Source: Catajapyx aquilonaris (Eukaryota). From it: a stretch of 36,656 bases of DNA. The notes beneath the pieces were generated by a model. The model saw only the letters and a program-made list of their open reading frames with translations, made no database searches and was not told the DNA's origin. The stretch's first letter is position 1. Each line of letters begins with the position of its first letter. Location: contig JYFJ02000031.1 in assembly GCA_000934665.2 (NCBI GenBank), positions 186,001 through 222,656 of the forward strand, read 5' to 3'. Below are positions 23,801 through 33,983 of this stretch, one piece after another. The position numbers and the translations under genes are program-made.

Positions 23801-26800
23801 ACTAACAAAACTGCAAACCAAGCAATTGTAAGAAATGCCAAAAATTATTGTTTTTTGATCTCTCAGAACTGCACGATCTTTGGAATAAGCCAATTTTATC
23901 TTCGCATTGAACTAGGCGTGCAATACTGATATTTACCAATCATAATAATTGGTTGCAATTAATGTGACAAATGAAGCAATCTTGTCATACATGTCATTCC
24001 CATTGACTTTCTTACTTATTTGTACTCTTACACAAAAGCAGAAATATTTTAAACATTTGCAACATACATTTTCTCCCTGAAGTTGTTGGATGGCAACACT
24101 GACACCCTCGCCTTCCTCTATCATGGCCAGAAGATCCACTTTTTCCTTCTCAAGTCGCTGCACCTGCTCCTTCTCCTGCGCCAAAAGCCCCTCCAAGTCC
24201 TTCAATTGGCTTTCCCTAACAAATCAACCATTACAACCAATATCTTCCAACACAATTCACTTCTACAAGAATGCCTTACCTTCCCTGCCTGGTCCTCTGC
24301 TCCTCCTCTAGTGCCTGCTGCTTCTCCCACACATGCGTCTTGGCCTCATCATTGGCCTGACACTGCTCATAGTAGTGCCCTTGCAACTGGCTGAGTTGAC
24401 TGCTTAAGTCTGTCAAATGACCTTCCTTACTGTGGAGCAACTCTTTCAAAGAGGTCAGCTGGGAGGTCAGGTCTGAGTTTACACGACTCATGTCTTTCAT
24501 TGCCGAGTCAGAACTGTCTTCCAGTTGGGACACCTTCTCAGTCAGGCTTGCTATTGAAAACTCAGAAGATTTTTGTGCTGCCAAGCTCTGAAACCAGAAA
24601 AAAAAGGCCACAAGGCATGTTTTTAAATAGATTTCATTCACAGTCAACAATTCTGATCCTTTTACAGGCTCCAACTACAGTACAACAATCAAAATTATGA
24701 GATATCCCCAAAAGAAAGAAAAAAACTATTGTTGGATTTCAATATTCTTAGATGACATGATTAGCTGTTTCCAAAAAAATTATCAATCCTCTTATTTTTT
24801 AAACTAATTTTGGAGAAGCCCAAACAATCAGACATGTATTTACTCATATTTTTATTACCTCTGCGGATAGAGGCAGTTGTCATGGGAAGAATAGCTGGCT
24901 GCACAGAGGATGAACTTAATCTTTGTAAATGCCGCATGTTTACTCGCGCTTAATTTAAAGAACTTATGCAGCTCATCTAGCAATACACTGCTCCACTAAA
25001 TAAGATAATAAAAAGACCATAGTAGACTCACCTCATCCAAGTCTTTCTCCAAAGCCTTAACGCATGCTTCTCGATCATCCAATATGTTCTGTAAAAGGGC
25101 CAACTTTTCTCTATTGGAAGCTGCTTCTCCCTGGTTTGAGTTAACTTCCTTCTGAAGCTCTTGGATTCTAATTTCAAGGCTGGAAATTTCATCCTTCTTT
25201 TCAGCTGCAGCCATCTCCTTCATGACATCTTGTAACCTGCAAGTGATAGTTCATTAACTCCAAAATGCTCCATCATTACAAACTTGAAAGAAGATAGAGA
25301 AAAAGCAACTCACCTATCCATCTCACTCTGGTTGGGTGACTGGTTGAGCATCTCTGCCAGGCTGAGCTTCTCCACTTGCAGCAGCTGGTACTGATCCTGT
25401 AGATTCTGCAGCTCTGACTGCAGCTTGTCCCTCTCCTCCTCCCTCTCCAATGTTAGTTGGTCCATCATCCTCTGCACCTGGACTAACTCCTGCCTCAAGA
25501 CAGCAGCATCATCTGTGCTATTCCGGTGGGCCAGCTGAGACTCCATGAAGCGAACCTGCTCCATCAAGGCCATCTTCTCTCCAGACAACTCGTCCACTGC
25601 GGCTTTCAAGGCCACATTCTCTGTGGCTATGTTGGCGGCTCTCTGCTCCATGTTCTCCTTCTCCATGCGCAGCTGGGCAGCAACATCCATGTCGCTCTTA
25701 AGGGATGCATCTGAAAAACAATTCATTCTTGTTTATTCTCTTAACCAATAGGGGAAATGTTTGTTCCTTCTCACTACAAAACCAATATGAAATTAGGTGA
25801 TTTAAGAAAGCCAAACTTGTACATGCAAACACTTACTTGAGTTGGAGTCGGCATCACCACTTCCCACAACAGCTGTCTGCAGTTTTTCCACTTCCCTCTT
25901 CAACTCATCTGAGTACCATTTCTCCTCCTATTAAATATCAAGTTGAAGTTTATAAAATGCAAGCCATGCCAATATGTGTAACATGGAAATATCTGTAACA
26001 GCACATTTTGTTACACATTCAAGGAATGTGAAAAGCACAAAATAATGTTACATCACAGCTTGATTTCCCTCCCTTGCAATGGTCATATTCCATACAAGTA
26101 CAATGACTACATTACACTGACCAGCCCATGCCATTCATACTTTTCTTTAACTCAAAGCCATACATAACCCTACAGTAAGGTCACCTTAAGGTTTAGCTGC
26201 AATTCTGCCACTTCTTTCTTGAGACCTTCAATTTCGACGTTCCTGGTTGGCATAGTCTCTTCCTCTCGGATGCGTGATATCTCTGCAACAGCACCGACCA
26301 GTTATAACAATAATAATTAGCCACATGACAAGTACAAAATATCATGGGCAAACAGGTGAAAAACACTAAGTCTGATTTTGATAGTTTTGAGTTACATATT
26401 CAGTTTTATACCATTTTAAATGCTCAATCGCCTGGTGAAGCCCTAAAGAGCCAACAAGCCAGGATCTTCTGCCTTTACATGCATGTGAGGAAGTGCAAGA
26501 TCAAATCTTCGCCTTCCACTATCTCAAAACTGTTTTTTGGACTTGGTGATTTTCTCATGTGCCCATGATATAATAATCAATGCTCAAAATATGGTGAAAT
26601 ATGGTGAATTTTTACTCCATTGTATTATAGTTCACAGTGATATGCGCAACCAGCTTTGGAATATGATTATATTTTCCTCCATTCTTTATTTACATGAATT
26701 TTTGTAGAGCATTATTGCACAAGATGTTATTTATTATTATTCATTATTTCTTTATTGACCTAAGATCCCACTTTTGTTAAAATGATTCATTTAGCATTAA

Positions 26801-27653
26801 TTAATTTGAGCTGTACTTTTGGATTCGTCACTAATATGACGAAGGGACGAATTCAACCTTTTTTCCAAAATTGAGTTATGGCCACTGCCAGCACCATCAT
26901 CAAGCAGTGTTGGGCCACTTTCTCACAAAATGGCGAACCCATGAGACAAGTGGCGTCTGAGTTATAACGGAAAATCAAAACGCCATCTAATGTATTTGTA
27001 TATGGATTTGCAGGTTTCTTTAGGCTCTCCAATTATGAAAATTATGAATTCGTCCTTTTGTCATATTAGCAACGATTTGCTTGATTAATACTGTAAAGGA
27101 AATGTATGAGTGGGAGTTTCCCTGAGAGGGCCACTGGCCCACTGGGTAAAAAAACCTAATCTACAACAACAACATCACGACATTTCCCTATGAGGGTTAA
27201 AAACCTAATCTAATCTGATGTAATCAATGAAACAAACCAGAGTCCATGTGGTTTGACTCATAATGTGTCTGCAGCTCCACCGGTGAGGAGAATGACTGCA
27301 TGCAAGACGGGCACAGAAACCCCTCTGCCGCTTGTCCATTCGGCTCATCCGTAAGACTGTCAGACCGTCCTGGCGGGCTGTTCCCATCTCCTTCACGCTG
27401 CTGACTCTGCAGAAAAATCAAATGGTCATCACCCGACAGCTCGCGGAATGTCCTCTAACTTTTAATGTGCCATTAGTATGTGACTACACTTCATCAGAGG
27501 TCTGCCACATTCTGCCTGCAAGTGTCTATAAAAAATTCGCGTGGGTGTGTGTGGGAGGGGCTGACACTGCATCCGCCTCCTTCTCTCTTTGTGTCAATCC
27601 CAAAGCCTCACCCTGTCAGCTATTCTGTTGACCAAGTTCTTGATGTTGAACAT
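20837..27653 (-). CDS. EEA1: Early endosome antigen 1, about 13 coding exons
   Basis: Starts MFNIKNLVNRIADR (27653-27612). N-terminal C2H2 finger EGFLCPSCMQSFSSPVELQTHYESNH, then LKEEKWYSDELKREVEKLQ, a long coiled coil, and the C-terminal FYVE domain RKWADD...CTGC...RKHHCRNCGQIFCNECS...KKPVRVCEKC. Traced junctions are GT-AG and in phase. Confidence 0.95.
26342..26568. mobile_element. TA-flanked MITE in EEA1 intron 2
   Basis: TA|TCATGGGCAAACAGGTGAAAAACACTAAGTC ... GACTTGGTGATTTTCTCATGTGCCCATGA|TA: imperfect TIR of about 30 bp. Confidence 0.7.
26823..27077. mobile_element. MITE-like element in EEA1 intron 2
   Basis: ATTCGTCACTAATATGACGAAGGGACGAATTCA versus the reverse complement of the right end, AATCGTTGCTAATATGACAAAAGGACGAATTCA (28/33). 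No TSD evident. Confidence 0.7.
27164..27198 (-). mobile_element. 35-bp retroelement 3'-end insertion with 14-bp TSD
   Basis: AAAAACCTAATCTA (27150-27163) [CAACAACAACATCACGACATTTCCCTATGAGGGTT] AAAAACCTAATCTA (27199-27212). The insert matches the end of the element at 10148-10938. Confidence 0.85.
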
Positions 27654-28526
27654 GGATGGACTGTTCTTCTGCTGGGAGCGGTGGGGACTGTCCACTGCTC
27701 GAATGTTACGGTGTCAAAGCCGGTTCCGGCAGCTGCTGCCTACTCCTCATCCGCGGTCGCCATCTTTCTCTTTTCTGCAGTGCATCACACGTTGCCAGAC
27801 CATCAGTCACGGGGGGGTTGTGCGACACTGCCAGGCACGTTCCTCGCAACGTTTCTCACCGTTGAAATACCCACACTAAATGCAGGAGACCACTTACTGT
27901 TAGTCAAAAGTAATTACATATTGCGGATAAAAAAAAGTGAGTGACAGGTTGCCAGATGTGGCGCGCAATATGAACTTCTTGGCAACACCGGACTGTGGTA
28001 GTACCGCATCCCTCGCATAGATGGCGCATCACAGCGGACAAACAGGGGCACAGACACAAGCCAATTTTATAATGAACAAGTGCAGCGGGCTTATTCAGCC
28101 AGTGTGCCAACAGCACTCTCGGTAGTTCGAAAGTGGGTTAGGTACCCCGGACCTTCCCGGGACATACACACAAACTTTCTGTCATATTATGTAAGATATG
28201 GCGTTAGTTATAGAGTATTTTGGTGTGTGTCGGTCACCCGAAGCGAGAGAGGGGGAGTTTCGAATTGAGACCGTCCCCCATCGATCGTGGTCCGGAGATG
28301 CGGGCGCAGCATCCGAACCCCCCCGTATATCCGGGCGCAAGTGACGTCAGAGTAAGGCGACATGGGACTGGTAGGGGGGGATATGAGGAAAGAAGGTACC
28401 ACGGGCTGAAAAAGGTTGGTCTAGTACTGTACAGGGGGAGCAAGGGGGGGACTTTTTAAAAAAACAAATCTCGCAAAAATCGAGGCGACTTGGACCAAGA
28501 GGAAAAAAAGACGAGGGGGCTTTGGG

Positions 28527-29395
28527 ATGTATTTTTTGCAGTCCTTGGCGGTGATCCTGGCAGTCTTCGCATCCCCTGGTATATCGATCTCCAACACAGG
28601 TGAAAATACGTTTGCATTGTTGCTGGATGTGTAACCGTGGTGTAATTTGCCAGGACGAAGTGGAATCAGTTGCTACACCTGCTCGTCACGAAATAACAGC
28701 GACATCAACTGCCAAGACCCTTTCAACCCGGCCATGTCTATATACACGCAATCATGCATGGTGCCCAAGCAGGGTCACATCGGAAAGTTCCCAGCCAACT
28801 TCTGCGTCAAAGTCATCGGCAACTCATGTAACTACCATTTTTATATCATAATGGTGTGTAGTTTATATTGACATTAGTACCTAGAGCAGGGCTGTTCAAC
28901 TGACGGGCCATTGCAGGAAGCTTTTCAGATAATCAAGGCATTCGCTGAGACACTAGATTTGTCACGTATTAGTTGAGCAGAACTGACCTAGAAATTTTAA
29001 TTTGTCCCGACTCTGGGGAAAATATGGAAAGAGCATTGATGGTTACTCTCCATGTTTCGCATTGATTTTCTCGGGGTTCCTCATTTCCTCCCACTTAAAA
29101 AATTGATCATCAGTGAGCTGAAACCTAATTAGGAGGGGAACTCAAAAAGGTCTCCAAAAAGTGGAACGATGTAAGGGAGACATGCTTTGCTGCATTATGA
29201 GCCTGCCTGGTATACATCATTGAAGTCAGTAGCAAAGTCTCACTCGGGATCATACTGCTTCAAAATGATCTAGTCAGACTCACAGCAACAGTAATTACAT
29301 ATATCATTACTCTGCATGGCCTGACCAGTCACCAGAGGGTTCATTGTATTGGCCATCACTGGCCACCTCTTAATGGGACCAAGGCCGTGAAGAAT

Positions 29396-29449
<54 letters not shown>

Positions 29450-29917
29450 TACTCTAAATAGTCACAGAGTAAGTTTTAAAAAAAGTTAACATTAGTAGAC
29501 AAAATGATTGTGGGAAATTCATGTAAACAAAATATAATTCCCTGATGGATCACGTGGGTTTTACAATGTTTTGTTCCAATGAGAGTGACAAAGCTTCGGG
29601 AAGTGGCTCAGTTACAATGTGCCGACATTATGCTCATACTGTTACAGTGACAAGGATCATTACAATAGTAATAAACATGTGCGTACTAATTTTCCACTCT
29701 GCCTTCAGTTTCCAGTGGAGAAAACCTTGTCATACGCACATGCGTGACGGAGAGCATGGATTCCCAATGCGGAGTGTTTCGGTTCCAGTATGACACCCTG
29801 AGAGGATGCATCCTGACGTGCGATTTTGATGGGTGCAACGCAGCTCCAAGAGTAGCACGTGCTGCTCTTCCATCAATTCTTATGTCATTGTTGGTTTTAT
29901 CACTTCTAGTATGTTGA
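28527..29917 (+). CDS. Ly6/uPAR three-finger (quiver/sleepless-like) GPI-anchored protein, 3 coding exons
   Basis: Exons 28527-28578 (or -28599), 28654-28828, 29709-29917. Signal peptide MYFLQSLAVILAVFASP, then ISCYTCSS...CQDPF...C...FCVKV...IRTC...QCGVF...GCILTCDFDGCN (10 Cys, terminal C-x4-CN) and a hydrophobic C-terminal GPI signal. AATAAA near 30086. Confidence 0.9.
28887..28985. mobile_element. hAT-type MITE (99 bp) in Ly6 intron 2
   Basis: ACCTAGAG|CAGGGCTGTTCAACT ... AGTTGAGCAGAACTG|ACCTAGAA: TIR 12/15 and 8-bp TSD 7/8 with a CTAGA core. Confidence 0.75.
29397..29448. repeat. (TAGA)13 microsatellite
   Basis: Perfect 4-bp tandem repeat in Ly6 intron 2. Confidence 0.98.
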
Positions 29918-30632
29918 CTGCTTTTCCAAAACACATCCAAATTTTCAGTCGCTCTTATCCATATCTCTGATGGACAACATATCCCTAGGAATCAGGCACC
30001 TCGGCCCACACCAACATGTCACTTATTATGGTGTCCTTTTAGATGTGCAATGAGCTCAAACCTGCAGCAATTTCTAATCAACACCAATAAAATAAGTTGG
30101 CAATGTGCACATAGAAAATGAGAGAAAAAAGGGGCTTAGTTTACACTATTCTTGTCCTGTGAAACAATCATTATTATCACGACTTAAAGATACAATCCTA
30201 CAAATGTTACATTACGTCATATCTACTACAGTAGATGAAGTCATCTGCCTCCATTGTACTTGTAACTTTGGTCAACACTGATGTGTGAATTTATACTGAA
30301 CAAAAGGAGAATAATAATAATGATGATGATGTTAAAATAAAAGTCTGGTCATTCTAAACCAACCTAACTCCTTACTCGAACAAAAATTCCACCTACTGTG
30401 GTCGACAGCTAGGTTGTCATGCAAGTGTCCAGGCACTTGTGAGTTTCTCTATTTTTTAAACCCTTTCCTTGGTCTCACACACATACAGCCAACAAAATTC
30501 TCACTCACTCCGTCACGACCACACACATGGGTCTTTATTTTGAACCTTTTTTTAAGTTATAGCAGATGGCAGGCATTTGTGATTTTTCAAAATTCACTTT
30601 TTGTCTTTTCATGTAGGCAGTGAGGCAGGTCC

Positions 30633-33583
30633 TCAAGCGGTATCGATGGCATCACCACTTCCCCCTCCATCCTCTTCTGCATCTCCTCCTCCTCCTCCTC
30701 CCTCACTCTCCACCCCTACATCCTCTTTCACTTTCTCATCCTTGTCTCCCTCCGGCTCCCCCACAACCTCAAAGTCAGCCTGAGGTACAGCAGCACTGTC
30801 AGTTTCCATTGCAACAGGTGGCGACTCATCCTCTTCTCCCTTGACCTCCACCTCAGAACTTTCGACTTCCTTCTTCTCCTCCACGATTGCAACAATGGGT
30901 TCGCACGGGACCTCAGCTTTGGTCTCTTCTTCGGCAGGTTCTGGCATCGAATTGGTGGGTTCATCCTCAAGTGTCGGCGTTTGAGGCTCATCGCTTGCCT
31001 GGGTGGAATCAGGTTCTGACATGATAGGCTCCTCCTTCTCCTCTTCTTTACTCGCATCATCCTGCACAATTAGCTGTGTTATAACATGGAAAAATCCATG
31101 CACTATACATGTAGATATAACTGATCAAAATTGCAATAAAAAACTTATGCCAAATCTTGTGTCATTATGTTCCATAAATAGTAAGCAGGGAGTGGTGAGG
31201 ATGTTGCTCTGGGTTGATGCAGGAGAGAGATAAGTGTGGATACCGCACATGAATTAAGCAAAGTAACTGTCACAATCCGACGACATTAGGTAACATAGCA
31301 ATAGTTGAGAACTCACCATTTCAATGGTGATGTGTGGTTCAAGGATGGCCTGTTCTGGAGTAGGTATGCGGTCTGAGATGGTCATCATAGTATCACTAGT
31401 GGTGACCACCTCTCCTTCCTCCTCCTCGTCTTCTTCCTCCTCCTCATCTTCCTCTTCGTCCTCTTCAGGTGCTTCCACAGCTTCCCCTGTATCCATCTCT
31501 TCTTCTTCCTCTTCCTCGTCCTCCTCATCTTCCTCTTCCTCCTTCTGACCATCCTTCAACTCTGATGCCTTCCCTTCCATTGGTACCGCCACTTCTAGGT
31601 TTATACTGGTGGTGGACTCGGATGGCTCTGGAAGCATCTCTTCCTGAGAAAAACATGGTTCTTCCTCTTCACTCTGAAATTAATGAAATAATGGGTAGTA
31701 AAACACAGATTTTAAAATGAAGTGTGTCGAACAATAATTTAGCCAACTGCAAAAGAGCCAGTCTTTCATTTACTCTGCTTGAAGAAGCAGGTTCCAGTCC
31801 AGTTTGTGAATCCTCTTCATTGTCGGGCACACTCGGTAGAAGTGGAGAAGTCGTAGCTGACAGAGCAGCAGTGCTGGTGGTTGGCACGGGGATAATGAGA
31901 GGCTCAGGCCTACTGCTCCCAGTGGGTGACATGCTGTCTAGTCCATTGAGGGTCATGTTTGGAGGTGATGACGGGATGTGTTGGGGGCTCCCGCTTTCTG
32001 GGATGCCATTCATCAAAGGCTGCAAGTCGTCATGCTTCCTTCTACAAAGGAACAACGAATTTAGTTCCATGAACTGCGCTTGAACGTCACGGCTAAATAT
32101 AAGCTAGAGGCAACTCACTGGCGAGTAGGCTCCACAGTGCTGACCACCAGGATGTTCTTCTCAACACCACGCATGAACTTGTCTGTCCTCTTGTAGTGTT
32201 TGTGGGGGTCAACAACCAATTCACACAACCTCTGAATAGTGAACGGGGCTCTGCAGGTGAGAGACAATAAAGCAGTCAATATAGCACAAATAACATGCCT
32301 ATAAAAATAACCACCATACAAATAATGAATGAACCAAACCTACCCTGTGAAGGAATCTAGCTGCTCAAGGATCTTGTCCCTCATGACCTCATAACAGAAA
32401 GCATCGACATTAGGGCAGGGTGGGAGGGACTCTGTGGGACAGGCTTGATGCAGCTCTCCAATGACAGCAGCCAGCTTGTGGCGCACGAGAGGCTTCACCT
32501 TTGACCAGGGGAACACCGTGTCACCTGTCTTGGCCACCTGAATCAAGTAGTCCTCCAGCAGTTTTGGGACATCTGCAGGACGCTTTTTCTCAAATTCTGC
32601 AGGCGGGAAAAGCAATTGATGATAAACACAATTTTATTACTATTACTGTACTACCACAGCGCCTCATAAAATAACAAAAAATGACATGATAGCGATAAGA
32701 GCCATTCACTATGTTTTGGACTTTTAAACCACGGTTGAGTCGTTATATGCATCTCTGGTATCTCCTTTATGCATGTACAAATGGAAGAAATAAATCCTTG
32801 TGCAATTTTTTGTGCATACATCACATTCACCTCTGAAAAAGTTAAGTCAATAAAAATGTGCAGATGTGCTTGGGTGGTATTTTTGTCCCACTGCTAGTTA
32901 CTACTAATGTGCTGCTAACTTAGCAGTACCAGTGTTGAAAATGGTACTTCTAAGTTCGCAGTAACTATAGCAGTGGGACAAAAATTCCAACCCTGCCTTT
33001 TTTTACTACAAGAGTTTCACTAAATACATTCAGTTTGCTGGCTCCAACTCCTTACCAATTTGCTCGTTTTCTTTGGCACACACCCTTCCCTCGTAACAAT
33101 TTGTGAATGGCCCCCAAAAACAGCAACAATTTACCCCAGGCATTGCACGGCACGAACTGAAGCTGCAGACCCGGCGACTGATAGAACAGGATGTAAATAA
33201 CATTATCATGCGCTGAAGGCCACGCAATAGATTATGCTGGATGCACCCAAAATGAATCCGGCCCCCAAACAATAGGACCAGGTGCACAATAGCTCCCCCG
33301 TACGTGCCTCAGTACGCAAACATTGGCACAGGTCCAGATAACGTCACCGCCTTATTTGGGCCACCCTGGTCGTTTATGCATTACCAATTTGGGATATCGG
33401 AACTGGTCGCTAGTGTCCAACCTGATCGTGCCGAGCGTACTGTGCGGTAGTGCAGTCTAGTTGTTACTGGTACTGGCATGGCACGGTGCACCACGGTGTA
33501 GTACCCATGTGGCCATACCAGTACAATGCCCTGCCAGACGCCTCACCATTGAGCTCGTGCAGTATTTCCTCCAGGTTCTCCAT
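30633..33583 (-). CDS. PPP4R2: Serine/threonine protein phosphatase 4 regulatory subunit 2, about 6 coding exons
   Basis: Exons 33583-33547, 32596-32344, 32250-32119, 32041-31774, 31643-31317, 31061-30633. [17 protein letters not shown]...[15 protein letters not shown]...[42 protein letters not shown], then a long acidic tail. An in-frame upstream ATG at 33595 is an alternative start. The tail exons are less certain. Confidence 0.93.
32872..32993. mobile_element. Palindromic foldback/MITE of about 122 bp in PPP4R2 intron 1
   Basis: GGGTGGTATTTTTGTCCCACTGCTAGTTACT pairs with AGTAACTATAGCAGTGGGACAAAAATTCCAACCC, and inner CTGCTAACTTAGCAGTACCA pairs with TGGTACTTCTAAGTTCGCAG. Confidence 0.75.
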
Positions 33584-33983
33584 GGCTTGCATCATCTGAA
33601 CAGGGGCGGGCGTCCCACTCCTACTCTGCCGCGTCCCAGGTCAGTCCTCCAGGTGTGGCATGGTCTCAGGTGCCCGGGGCAGCGGAGGGACTGGCAACGG
33701 ACCAGATCCTTGGCTCTTCAGAGCAGCAGGAGCCCTCCTCGCCTCTGGAGAATCATTCGGAAAGGAGAAGAGAAGAAGCCAGGCCAGCCAGCCAGCCAGT
33801 AACTCATGCCCAAAGGTTCACCTGTCCGACACCAGTTGGCGCCACGGTCGTCTACTCACAAGCTTCACCACGCGGACGGTAGGGGCGCTCGGGTCGGTTG
33901 CAAAGGGGGGCGCACATTTTCAAATTATGGTTTTTGGATCATGTTCAGGTTATATAATGTACAATTATACATAATATTTTAAT

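Noticed and set aside
21908..25751. Several Ser/Phe/Leu-rich + strand ORFs
   Set aside because: They are antisense shadows of Glu/Lys/Gln-rich EEA1 coiled-coil exons.
31324..31720. Poly-Ser and Pro/Leu-rich ORFs and apparent (TCC/TCT)n repeat
   Set aside because: This is the antisense of the Glu/Asp-rich PPP4R2 tail.
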